Shown here: positions 9,108 to 17,973 of the stretch, piece after piece
Numbering within the stretch: the first letter of the stretch is position 1
How the letters are laid out: each line of letters opens with the position of its first letter
IMG/VR virus record: IMGVR_UViG_3300037851_000214
Span: 1-39,956 of that record
DNA from: a virus
Lineage: Duplodnaviria; Caudoviricetes
Direction: 5' to 3' (one strand)
DNA length: 39,956 bases
Made by a program: the position numbers and the translations under genes
The notes under the pieces: model-generated
Seen by the model: only the letters and a program-made list of their open reading frames with translations
Told to the model about the DNA's origin: nothing
Database searches by the model: none

Positions 9108-10553
9108 ATGGCAGTACTGTTGACAGAGCGACCTTATGAGGTGTGTTTTTCCCGCAACCCGATAGTATACCGGCTTCAGACAGACACGGCACTGGATACC
9201 GCTGGTCTCAGGATAGATGTGAGGCTGCTGCACCGGAAGTTTGGCACCGCCAGCTTTGTGCAGATCTTTGAGATATCCCTGATCCCGGATAGCGCGGGGC
9301 TGGTATCCGTGGATGTATCGAAAACGCTGGATTCCCTCACGAATTACAAACTACCCGGCATATCCTCTCAGATCATAGAGCAGGCATTTGACCACGCGGG
9401 TGAGTTCTATGTTCAATACCGTGAAGCCACTACCGCTACACCAAACCCTTCCTGGACTTCAGACAGCTCCAACACCATTGTAGCGATCAAAGGCGGCTTA
9501 CCTTACCAGGCATGGCAGGGCCCGAATTATTTCATCAACTACAACGGTATCCTCACCTGGCAAAAGACCGGCAGGCTCATCGGCCCATCGGAAAAAAGCT
9601 GGCTCACCTACTTACACTTGGGAGCCAATAACCAGGCAAATATGTCGGCCAAGATCAACGTGTACTACACAGACGGTACATCTTCCCTAAATGCCGTAAC
9701 CCTGACCTTCCCGGATGATGAAATTCCGATCTATGCCCTATACCACATCCCCACCGGTGCCCAGCTGGCACTGAAAGACCTGGATAGTACCAAAGTGATC
9801 CAGTATTACACCGTGAGGGTAGTGGCAGATACCACCAACCTCACCGTGGAGTTCAGGTACAATGTGGACTACCGCAACAACTACAGCTCTACTACGCTGC
9901 ATTGGTTCAACTCACTGGGTGGACTTGATAGCGTAAGGCTGCTGGGTGAACTGAATAAAAAGACCGTCTATGAGCGGCAGTATGCGGAAAAAACATTGGG
10001 AGGCGCTTACTACTCCACTACGGAGCTAGCCACCATGCAAGAAAACATCAAAAACCAGGAACAGGAAACCTATGCCGGATCCGTGGGGCTCATGGATGAT
10101 CCGGATATGTACGATCGACTCCGCGATCTGATGTTGAGCAATAAAGTTTGGCAGATCAGGTTCAGCCGGTGGAGGCCGGTGCTGATCACCAATACCAATA
10201 TCGATCACGGCAATGAAGGGGATCCAATTAAAGATTTTCCGGTGGAGTTTACGCCCGGTTATGTCAATGAATCCTATGCCCCGGATATCAGGATTGGTGA
10301 CCTTCCAACCTGCCCCGTGATCACGGGCCTCACCGCTACTTTTGGCGTAATTTCCTGGACAGGAAACGCCAACCACGTACAGTATGTGATCGAGCGCTGG
10401 GATGTACTGCAAACCTCCGTACAGGAAGTGGTCTATACCGCCTCCACATCCTATGAGTTCACCGAGTTTGGGCTGATCGGATATGTACGCGTGAAAGCGG
10501 TGTGTGGCTTTTCTGAAACTCCATTTACTGACTTCGTTTATCTGATGGTATGA
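9108..10553 (+). CDS. Tail/baseplate protein with C-terminal FN3-like domain
   Basis: WFNSLGGLDS motif typical of Bacteroidota phage tail proteins; C-terminal ~80-aa beta domain (10311-10553). Confidence 0.7.
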   Translation: MAVLLTERPYEVCFSRNPIVYRLQTDTALDTAGLRIDVRLLHRKFGTASFVQIFEISLIPDSAGLVSVDVSKTLDSLTNYKLPGISSQIIEQAFDHAGEFYVQYREATTATPNPSWTSDSSNTIVAIKGGLPYQAWQGPNYFINYNGILTWQKTGRLIGPSEKSWLTYLHLGANNQANMSAKINVYYTDGTSSLNAVTLTFPDDEIPIYALYHIPTGAQLALKDLDSTKVIQYYTVRVVADTTNLTVEFRYNVDYRNNYSSTTLHWFNSLGGLDSVRLLGELNKKTVYERQYAEKTLGGAYYSTTELATMQENIKNQEQETYAGSVGLMDDPDMYDRLRDLMLSNKVWQIRFSRWRPVLITNTNIDHGNEGDPIKDFPVEFTPGYVNESYAPDIRIGDLPTCPVITGLTATFGVISWTGNANHVQYVIERWDVLQTSVQEVVYTASTSYEFTEFGLIGYVRVKAVCGFSETPFTDFVYLMV

Positions 10554-12391
10554 GCATAGGAATTAAGAAGGGATCAGAGAACTTGGACTTGCTGCCGGGT
10601 ACGCAGCTGCAACGTGAGAGAAATTCGCCGGTATTTTTAGATCAAACTGAAGATGGCAAAGATGGCATTCCCGGTGAGATATCTTACCCTTTCACCTTGC
10701 CACTCAGTGATACAAATTTAAGGCTACTCAGTTTCCCGGATATGCTGCCCATTGCCAAAACATTGCAGCATGATGTTTTACTCGAGGATAGCGGAATGCA
10801 GCTCTCCAACGGCAAGCTGGTATTGGATGCAGTAACGGCCAACCTGAATAAGAACAACGTGGGGAGCATTGACTGCCACCTGTTAAGTAATATCTCTGAA
10901 TTCTGGCAGCGGGTAAAGGCTAAAAAGTTAAGTGATCTTGAATTGGGCGGTGAGCGTTCATTCGCATGGTCAGGATATAGCACATCAACTGCTGGATTTT
11001 GGAAGCACTGCCATGATACCTGGGCGTATACCGGATCTGATGATGGTGATTATGTTTTTACTCCCATAACCGTCCAGAATTATGAAAAGGAAAACACTTT
11101 TCGGATCATCAATAAATGGGATGCCTACAGCGGTCAGATAGAGCTATCGAGAGAGTATAACTACAACTGCCTTTGCCCACACCCTTATATCGTATACCTC
11201 ATTAAACAGGTATTTGCAGAGCATGGCTATACTGTAAGCGGTGAGTTTTTGGATAATCCAGACATTAAGCAACTATGCTTCGAATCATATAAAAGCGTCA
11301 ACTGGAATGTGCCAACTATCAATGGGCCGTTGGCAACACCAACCGTTACTATTGCACCGGCAAACCCGGTTATCATTCGGTTGAATGAACACGTTCCCCC
11401 AGCGCTAACGGTGGGAGAGTTTCTCGTTGAATTGCAGAAGTTATTTGCAATCAGCTTTATCATAAACGATAGGTCGAAAACCTGCAATATTGTTACTCTT
11501 TCGGATTTGGCAAATGCGGGGGCGGTCGATAGAACATCATTTTTCAGCCCTTCATACACGCTTTCCTTTGAAAAAATAGAGGATAAAACAATATACGGTT
11601 TTGATCGTGTGAACAGTGACCCTGATACGGTTGATGTTTTGGAGTCAGAATACAACTATCAAGGAGTGGTTAACTCCATGTCTGACCTGCCAACGGCCAA
11701 TGCCAGCAACCAGGGTAAGATGTACTATGTAAAATATTTGAACCAATATCATGCATGCATCAACGCGGCTGAGACCGGTGGTTCTGGAACATATTATTAC
11801 TGGCTTCAGGTGGGTGACAATGTTGGGGGCTATCTTCCTGAAAACGTGACCAACACCATCACTTGTATGTTTGAAACAACCATAGTAAGATTGACAACAA
11901 TGATCTTGCATTATTATGGGGCAGGTGATCATCTTTACATGTACACGCCCTGGAACACTCAAGCCGGTAACTGGTATGCATCAGGGAACGGAAGGGATTT
12001 TGAACCATGGCCGCCAAGATTATTTTTTGCACGTGGACCGCAGGCTTTTTCTGCGGGCGGCACAAAGCCCCTTGCCACAAACTCCATATACAATTTCAAC
12101 AGCTCTGAGCCAATGACATCATCCCATCCTCAAGTTGGTGACCTGTCGCTTTCATTTGTAGAGCCGGGAAATGACGCTGGGTTGATCGATACTTTCTGGT
12201 CTAAGTGGTTGCCGGTTCTTGAACTGAATGAAGTAATAAAAGGCAGGCTCTACCTTAAATTTCACGAATACCTGCAATGGGATTGGAGCAATGTTTTGCT
12301 GATCCAAAGCACGCCCTACCTGATCAAAAAGATCACTGAGGTACTTCCTTACAACGGTTACATAGATATCGAGGCCCAGCGCATCCGGTAG
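10550..12391 (+). CDS. Tail tip/baseplate hub-like protein
   Basis: N-terminal SYPFTLP..N and C-terminal YLIKKI motifs; 613 aa. Confidence 0.65.
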   Translation: MSIGIKKGSENLDLLPGTQLQRERNSPVFLDQTEDGKDGIPGEISYPFTLPLSDTNLRLLSFPDMLPIAKTLQHDVLLEDSGMQLSNGKLVLDAVTANLNKNNVGSIDCHLLSNISEFWQRVKAKKLSDLELGGERSFAWSGYSTSTAGFWKHCHDTWAYTGSDDGDYVFTPITVQNYEKENTFRIINKWDAYSGQIELSREYNYNCLCPHPYIVYLIKQVFAEHGYTVSGEFLDNPDIKQLCFESYKSVNWNVPTINGPLATPTVTIAPANPVIIRLNEHVPPALTVGEFLVELQKLFAISFIINDRSKTCNIVTLSDLANAGAVDRTSFFSPSYTLSFEKIEDKTIYGFDRVNSDPDTVDVLESEYNYQGVVNSMSDLPTANASNQGKMYYVKYLNQYHACINAAETGGSGTYYYWLQVGDNVGGYLPENVTNTITCMFETTIVRLTTMILHYYGAGDHLYMYTPWNTQAGNWYASGNGRDFEPWPPRLFFARGPQAFSAGGTKPLATNSIYNFNSSEPMTSSHPQVGDLSLSFVEPGNDAGLIDTFWSKWLPVLELNEVIKGRLYLKFHEYLQWDWSNVLLIQSTPYLIKKITEVLPYNGYIDIEAQRIR

Positions 12392-12393
12392 CT

Positions 12394-12429
12394 TGTCCTT
12401 TCACGCTGTACGGACAGTTGGGAGATTGC
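12394..12429 (+). promoter_or_regulatory. Late-promoter-like motif, copy 3
   Basis: TGTCCTTTCA (12394) ... AGATTGC, ATG at 12434. Confidence 0.72.
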
Positions 12430-12433
12430 ATAG

Positions 12434-12769
12434 ATGCTTTACCACTATGATGCCATTGTCAACCGGGTTATTGATGGGGATACGGTTAACCTCACCATTG
12501 ATCTGGGTTTCCGTATGTATCACCGCGCAAACTGTAGGCTCTACGGTATCAACACGCCGGAGCTGAACGCGAAAGATCCTGATACCAGGCTGAAAGCGCA
12601 GGAAGCCATGAAATTTTTATCAGAATGGCTGCTGCCCGGTATCAAGGTTTCCATTATCAGCAAAGAGCTGGATAAATACGGCAGGCCACTGGTCAACATT
12701 TTTGTGGGTGATGTCAAGATCAATGATATGCTGGTGGCAAAGCAGCTGGCGGTTAAATACATGGAATGA
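12434..12769 (+). CDS. Staphylococcal-nuclease (thermonuclease) family protein
   Basis: VIDGDT, RLYGINTPE, DKYGR.L motifs. Confidence 0.9.
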   Translation: MLYHYDAIVNRVIDGDTVNLTIDLGFRMYHRANCRLYGINTPELNAKDPDTRLKAQEAMKFLSEWLLPGIKVSIISKELDKYGRPLVNIFVGDVKINDMLVAKQLAVKYME

Positions 12770-13434
12770 ACGACATAACCAACTGGCTACAATCTAAAGA
12801 CTACATCGAAGGCATACGCCTTTACCTTGAGCATGGGCAAGATCCCGTGCTTAAAAACCTATTCACAGCTGAAAAGCAAACCCCTTACAAAACTGAACGA
12901 CTTGAAAAAGCACTCAGGGAAGTGCTGCAAGGTGTTGAGCGCATCAAGCCAGAGGAAAGGCCAACCATCAGCATTACCATGAAAAGCTGGCCCATTGAGG
13001 CCGCCAAGGATGATGTGTTGAAGGCGCTACGGGCTGAATGGCTCAGACTATTCAAAGAGATGCAGGATCTCCGCTCTCAGCTGATGCTGTTGCCTACCGA
13101 TGAAGTCAGGGGTGAAACGGCTCACCGCATCCTTGAGCTGGATGACCAGTGCGAGGAAATCTATAACAAGCGGGATTATTATTTGGAGAATGGCACACTG
13201 CCACAGGTCAAGAAAGAGGAATACATAGTAGACCCGGTAAAAGCAGCGAAACGCATGGAGATCCTGGGCCGGTATATAAGGCGGGAACGCACCAACCTCA
13301 AGAAAGATCCTGGCAACAGTGGAGCTGCTGCCCGGAAACTGAAATTCATAAAAGAATACAACCATTATGCCCAAAGATTTGGAGTCGATCATATTCAGGA
13401 AGAAACTGAAGCAAACGCGCCAACCCAAGAATGA
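12766..13434 (+). CDS. Hypothetical helical protein
   Basis: 222 aa; ATGA-coupled to the nuclease gene. Confidence 0.75.
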   Translation: MNDITNWLQSKDYIEGIRLYLEHGQDPVLKNLFTAEKQTPYKTERLEKALREVLQGVERIKPEERPTISITMKSWPIEAAKDDVLKALRAEWLRLFKEMQDLRSQLMLLPTDEVRGETAHRILELDDQCEEIYNKRDYYLENGTLPQVKKEEYIVDPVKAAKRMEILGRYIRRERTNLKKDPGNSGAAARKLKFIKEYNHYAQRFGVDHIQEETEANAPTQE

Positions 13435-13999
13435 TGTGGAGGCCGTGATCCAGTACCTGGTGAATGACAGTGTGAGGCTGACATCATCACAGGATGCATT
13501 ATGTACGCGCCTGATCAGGGTGGATGCCATGATCCGCAGCCGCAAACACACTACGGAGCAGATCATCGAAAACATGATGGAAGAGTTCCAGATCACGCGC
13601 TACCGGGCTGAACAGGATATGTATGACTGCCACAAGGTTTTCGGGGCCACGCGTAAACTCAGCAAGCAATACCTGATCTCACATCACATAGAGGAAATCG
13701 CGCTCACCATCAAGAAATGCCAGGAAGCGGGGCAGACTGAAATGTTGCCCAAACTCTTTGACAATTACACCTATGCGCTCAATTCACTACCCGTTGAGGA
13801 AGAAGCCAAGGAAGCACCACCGGCACAGATCACTTTTGTGTTCCAAGGTGCGCCACCCGTGGATCAGAAACCACTGGGAGAGGTACTGCAGGAAGCCGAT
13901 AAACTATTGAAACCAACCAATGGAGAATACATCGAATACGAAGAAGAAGATCATCCAGCTGAATCTGCCTCAGATGATGGTGCAGATGGTGCAAGCTAA
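13367..13999 (+). CDS. Putative terminase small subunit
   Basis: HTH-like N-terminal half, acidic tail, directly upstream of and overlapping terL. Confidence 0.6.
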   Translation: MPKDLESIIFRKKLKQTRQPKNDVEAVIQYLVNDSVRLTSSQDALCTRLIRVDAMIRSRKHTTEQIIENMMEEFQITRYRAEQDMYDCHKVFGATRKLSKQYLISHHIEEIALTIKKCQEAGQTEMLPKLFDNYTYALNSLPVEEEAKEAPPAQITFVFQGAPPVDQKPLGEVLQEADKLLKPTNGEYIEYEEEDHPAESASDDGADGAS

Positions 14000-15503
14000 T
14001 ACCACGCTGCTGCTATGGGGTAGGGGTACAGGTAAAACCGTTGGCGGCATCGGCCCATGGATGGCAAGGGTGGCAGAAGCTATGCCTGGTCATTTGGGCG
14101 GGTTATTCGGCAAAGACTATGAAACCCTTGAGAAAAACATCTTACCCAAATTTATCCAGGGCATGGAGATGGTTGGATACTACCGGGATCAACATTACGT
14201 CATAGGTCGAAGGCCACCAGCTGCATGGCCCAACTGCCTCTACTCCATCAAAAAATGGGATAAAACCATTGCCTGGCATAACGGCACAGTATTTCAGGAA
14301 GTTTCACTGTTCAACAAAGGATCTGCCAACGCTTTCGATTTCCAATCCGGGGTTTTTGACGAGGTGAAATTCATGGATAAAAACCAACTGGAAGATGAAG
14401 TGTATCCAACCTTCCGGGGATTTGATAAACTATTTGGCCATAAGCCTGAATACCTGGCGAAGATCTATGCAACCGATAAGTATGCGGATTACCTGGAACT
14501 GAAATGGATCCTTGACATGAGGAAAAAGGTCGATCGTAATCGGGTCGATACCGTGATCCGCTTGCAGCTGCACCTGAATGAACTTTACCAGGCATTACCT
14601 ACGGCCGGCCGTAATAAACCCAAAGTAGAAAAATACATCAGGCAGATTCGCCAACGTTTGCAAGTCCTACGCAAAGATCTGCTGTATGTGAGTGAGGCAT
14701 CAGCTATAGAGAACCAGGACAACCTTGGCGCCAAGTGGCTGAAGGATAAGCAGCGCACCATGTCCACCTATGAATACAATGTGGCCATCATGAATGAGGA
14801 TCCTGTAACCTCTGAAAATTCTTTTTACCCCGCGCTTACAAACAACAATCTATACAACCATGCATTGGATCACAACCCAGACCGCCCATTATACGTGGCC
14901 ATGGACTACCAGCATAGCGTATCCCCCCTCACAGTGGTACAGCCAGGCCAGCATGAGGGTGATACAAAACCATCACTCAACTTCCTTAATGAATTCTACA
15001 CGCTACACCCCAAAGGATTAAAGGATTGCATTGACCTGTTCTGTGATTACTATGCATCTCATCGCTATAAGACCATCTACTACATCTATGATCATACAGC
15101 AGTAGGGGAGCGACAGAGCGCGGCACGTTACAAGGATATTGTAGTCACTCACTTCCGATCTAAGGGATGGAACGTTGTGGAGTGCTATACAGGCGTACCA
15201 CCTGAACACTACATGAAGTATGAGAGGATCAAGACATGGATGGAGGGCCCAGCCGATATCCCTTATCTGGTTAAGTTCAACGCTGACCGCTGCCCTAAGA
15301 CCCTGATCAGTATGCAGGCATCAGGTGCAGTCACCATCAATGGTAAGACTAAGAAGGATAAGAAGTATGAGCTCACTCATCGCTACCCATCAGTGGATCA
15401 GTCAGAGACTACACACTTCAGTGACTGTGTGGACCAGGTTCTTTGGTACTTTATGACAATGCATAAGGCAGTAGCGCAGGGTGGTGGGCTGGCGCTTCGC
15501 TAA
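13920..15503 (+). CDS. terL: Terminase large subunit
   Basis: Walker A GRGTGKT, Walker B VFDE, RNase H-like AMDY and HFSDCVD. Confidence 0.92.
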   Translation: MENTSNTKKKIIQLNLPQMMVQMVQANTTLLLWGRGTGKTVGGIGPWMARVAEAMPGHLGGLFGKDYETLEKNILPKFIQGMEMVGYYRDQHYVIGRRPPAAWPNCLYSIKKWDKTIAWHNGTVFQEVSLFNKGSANAFDFQSGVFDEVKFMDKNQLEDEVYPTFRGFDKLFGHKPEYLAKIYATDKYADYLELKWILDMRKKVDRNRVDTVIRLQLHLNELYQALPTAGRNKPKVEKYIRQIRQRLQVLRKDLLYVSEASAIENQDNLGAKWLKDKQRTMSTYEYNVAIMNEDPVTSENSFYPALTNNNLYNHALDHNPDRPLYVAMDYQHSVSPLTVVQPGQHEGDTKPSLNFLNEFYTLHPKGLKDCIDLFCDYYASHRYKTIYYIYDHTAVGERQSAARYKDIVVTHFRSKGWNVVECYTGVPPEHYMKYERIKTWMEGPADIPYLVKFNADRCPKTLISMQASGAVTINGKTKKDKKYELTHRYPSVDQSETTHFSDCVDQVLWYFMTMHKAVAQGGGLALR

Positions 15504-15673
15504 TCATATATCCAGCAGGAAAAACGCTGACCGGGCAGCCGCTCGATAGGCAACGCCGAAAACTTTTTCAAAAACGCCCTTTCATCATATTTTTTTGACT
15601 TCTGTAAGACTTTGCAGCTAAACGTTTTAGCAGTTTTTAGGTCAAACTTTTACTTATTCCTGACACTATTTTT

Positions 15674-15710
15674 TGTCCTTTGGAGTTAATATTGATGGCG
15701 GTAAAATTGT
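15674..15710 (+). promoter_or_regulatory. Late-promoter-like motif, copy 4 (no sense ORF; antisense to 47-aa ORF)
   Basis: TGTCCTTTG (15674) ... AAATTGT, same spacing as the other copies. Confidence 0.55.
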
Positions 15711-15712
15711 AG

Positions 15713-15743
15713 AAACGAAAAGGCCCGGGTGAAAACCCAGGCC
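15713..15743 (-). terminator. Intrinsic terminator after 47-aa ORF
   Basis: Minus strand GGCCTGGGT-TTTC-ACCCGGGCC-TTTTCGTTT. Confidence 0.75.
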
Positions 15744-15769
15744 GATTACCATTCTAAGTAAGTGACAGC

Positions 15770-15913
15770 TTACTTAGCTTCCTTGCAGTCACAAATCCAG
15801 AAGTGGAATACCGAGGCATTACGGGGGTAGATAATTCTACCCTTTCTTTTTATATACCTGGTATATACTTCTTTCTTTGGCCTACCGCAATGGCAGATCT
15901 CATTTTTACACAT
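15770..15913 (-). CDS. Small basic Cys-rich protein, 47 aa (not in ORF track)
   Basis: MCKNEICHCGRPKKEVYTRYIKRKGRIIYPRNASVFHFWICDCKEAK; followed by a terminator. Confidence 0.7.
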   Translation of the reverse strand: MCKNEICHCGRPKKEVYTRYIKRKGRIIYPRNASVFHFWICDCKEAK

Positions 15914-15990
15914 GATTCCAAAGTTTAAGTGGTTAACAATGGGCACTTCAAAGCGGCCTGTTGCTTATCGGCGCAATGCCAATTCATTAC

Positions 15991-16019
15991 AAAAAAACCC
16001 CTCAGCTGTCACTGAGGGG
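15991..16019 (-). terminator. Intrinsic terminator
   Basis: 8-bp GC-rich stem plus T7 on the minus strand. Confidence 0.85.
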
Positions 16020-16077
16020 CTTCAAAAGTTTTCCGGGATGTTTCACTTCTCATTCCGGGATATCATGTGTAAAATGA
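15991..16077 (-). ncRNA. Predicted ~85-nt sRNA / attenuated leader
   Basis: Bounded by a consensus promoter (16083-16113) and terminator CCCCTCAG-TGACAG-CTGAGGGG-T7; two segments are complementary to the downstream ORF ends. TSS is estimated. Confidence 0.6.
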
Positions 16078-16082
16078 AGTCT

Positions 16083-16113
16083 CAAAAGTATGTCTCGCAA
16101 TCCGTATTTCAAA
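16083..16113 (-). promoter_or_regulatory. Bacteroidota housekeeping-sigma promoter
   Basis: TTTG (16113-16110)-N19-TACTTTTG (16090-16083), an exact match to the TTTG-N19..21-TAnnTTTG consensus. Confidence 0.75.
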
Positions 16114-16181
16114 TAGCTGAGACAAATTTAAATGTTAAAGCGCGTGCTTCCTACCCGGAAGTATCAACATATGTTGGTATA

Positions 16182-16406
16182 TCAATCTTTCAGCAGCTCC
16201 TTAAAATTACCGGCGGTATTGATTGCATCACGGATCTCCTGGTTAGTAGCGCCCTGCTTCTTTAGCAGCCTGATCAGCAGCGCATTCTGATACTTGAGAT
16301 TATCAACCATTGTATCAATTCTGAATAACCATCGGGTCAGTAGTACAGTGATCAGGATTCCAATAAAAATGACGAAGAGCGATGCAAATACAGATGCTTC
16401 TCCCAT
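16182..16406 (-). CDS. Single-TM membrane protein, probably co-transcribed with the repressor (possible exclusion protein)
   Basis: N-terminal hydrophobic helix, WLFRI motif, short coiled coil. Confidence 0.7.
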   Translation of the reverse strand: MGEASVFASLFVIFIGILITVLLTRWLFRIDTMVDNLKYQNALLIRLLKKQGATNQEIRDAINTAGNFKELLKD

Positions 16407-16433
16407 AGGTGATGTTTTATAGTTAGTAATTGG

Positions 16434-16790
16434 TTACTTGTTTTCAATCTTCTTTTCCAGTTCATCCAGCAGCTTCCGAATCTTCCTAATGTCCGTGCTA
16501 ATTGATTTAGCATAGGTTGGCGCTGGTTCTGCCACCATGGACATAGGCTCTTCGATCACTCCGAATAGGTAATCCGGGCGCACCCCGTATTTCTCCCAGG
16601 CTATCTGCACATGATCTGATGTGATTCCTCTTTGGCCTGAACGCATCCCAGAGAAAAATGAATACTTGGTACTCTCTGCAATCCCAAAGTCTTTAAAAAA
16701 CACATTCATATCAATCTCCTTAGAACCCACTTTGGGATAAAAGTAGTCATGAAAGCGCTGGGTCAATATGTCTCTATACTTTTGGCTCAC
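16434..16790 (-). CDS. Putative CI-like repressor (XRE-HTH)
   Basis: Divergent from Cro-like gene; YGVRPDYLFG and VAEP..Y motifs typical of Bacteroidota XRE repressors; no S24 peptidase domain seen. Confidence 0.7.
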   Translation of the reverse strand: MSQKYRDILTQRFHDYFYPKVGSKEIDMNVFFKDFGIAESTKYSFFSGMRSGQRGITSDHVQIAWEKYGVRPDYLFGVIEEPMSMVAEPAPTYAKSISTDIRKIRKLLDELEKKIENK

Positions 16791-16820
16791 AAGAGATTAA
16801 GCATTACTATAACAAATATG

Positions 16821-16862
16821 TCTACAAAATGATTGTAGATTGACAATCGTATTGTAGGTTTG
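16821..16862 (+). promoter_or_regulatory. Early rightward promoter with two overlapping operator-like palindromes
   Basis: ATTG (16832)-N19-TAGGTTTG (16855-16862); TCTACAA-AATGA-TTGTAGA (16821-16839) and ACAAT-CGT-ATTGT (16843-16855). Confidence 0.7.
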
Positions 16863-16926
16863 TTGCCATGTAAGTGACAGACACTTAACAAAAACTTGCC
16901 AGACACTTACCACGAATATAAAGCAT

Positions 16927-17175
16927 ATGGACAAAGATTTAAAAAGGTTACGGAAGCAGCTCCCTTACAGGTACGCATCCATGATTGCGCTTAAAAGCAA
17001 ATCCATTAGTGTGAGAACGGTACGGGCTGTTTTCAACGGTGATATCACAAATCCTCAGACAGTTGATAGAGTAGTTTCTGTTGCGCTTAAAGTGAAACGT
17101 GACCATGAGAAGAAACAGCGCACTATTCTGGAGAAAATCAAAACCGGCAACAAAACTACTAGACGAGCTGCCTGA
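16927..17175 (+). CDS. Cro-like HTH protein
   Basis: Basic 82 aa, IA....ISVRTVRAVFNG HTH pattern; first gene of the early operon. Confidence 0.7.
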   Translation: MDKDLKRLRKQLPYRYASMIALKSKSISVRTVRAVFNGDITNPQTVDRVVSVALKVKRDHEKKQRTILEKIKTGNKTTRRAA

Positions 17176-17241
17176 TAAGTTACTACAAAAAATACTTAGA
17201 CCTAGCAAAATTTACTCGATACGATCACTCAAAAAACTTAT

Positions 17242-17658
17242 TTGGATATGCCTGCTAAAGTACTCGTTATCAAAGAAAACCCCGCCCGGCTGCTGGGAAC
17301 CTACTTCCCGGATATTCAGGTGGATGACCGCTCCCGCTATGACCAGGAAGAGGTGTTTGATGTGATGTACAAGTACAAGGTCATTGGCCGCGCACGCCTC
17401 ACTTACCGCATACCATTTCAGGCAAAAAGCCTCCGCGAATCTCAGACCTACATGGTGTACAATAAGCCTGTAGGCTACGTTAATACGCGCTTCCAACTGG
17501 AACTTGGCGCGGACTTCAAACCTGAATCCATGCTGGTTTACCTGTTGTTCCAGTGGGTGGAGCGTGACTTGGTTGCCTTCGAGCAAATCTTCAAGGAACA
17601 ATGGGATGCCGTAGTTATGGAGAATCCCGCCCAACATCAAATGCAACTCGCAATATAA
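17242..17658 (+). CDS. Hypothetical early protein (start may be ATG 17248)
   Basis: 138-aa ORF in operon context. Confidence 0.7.
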   Translation: MDMPAKVLVIKENPARLLGTYFPDIQVDDRSRYDQEEVFDVMYKYKVIGRARLTYRIPFQAKSLRESQTYMVYNKPVGYVNTRFQLELGADFKPESMLVYLLFQWVERDLVAFEQIFKEQWDAVVMENPAQHQMQLAI

Positions 17659-17669
17659 AAACCAACAAT

Positions 17670-17972
17670 ATGTTAGCTGCCATCATTGCACTCACCATCA
17701 TCGGATACTTCCTATTAAGAGCCATATACGAATTAAACCGCAACCCTGAGAAAGATAGAACCACCTTCCTCAGTCATGCTGCCGAAATCCGGGATCTCAT
17801 ACACCGGTGTAGTAGCCTGACTGAGTGGTGGACGCTAGACCAGGAAATTGACTGGCTGGAACAGACCTGGAGGGGCAAGGTTGACCACCAGCTGATGCTG
17901 GAAACCACGGGCAAGCTCTATACCCAGTGGCTCGATAAGAGGGCTGCTTTTAACACAAGGAAAACTGCATAG
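17670..17972 (+). CDS. Membrane-anchored hypothetical protein (start reassigned to ATG 17670)
   Basis: MLAAIIALTIIGYFLL TM segment after AAAAACCAACAAT leader. Confidence 0.7.
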   Translation: MLAAIIALTIIGYFLLRAIYELNRNPEKDRTTFLSHAAEIRDLIHRCSSLTEWWTLDQEIDWLEQTWRGKVDHQLMLETTGKLYTQWLDKRAAFNTRKTA

Positions 17973-17973
17973 C

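Noticed and set aside
15912-16265. 117-aa + strand ORF
   Set aside because: Runs through the minus-strand terminator, promoter and membrane gene; better explained as regulatory DNA
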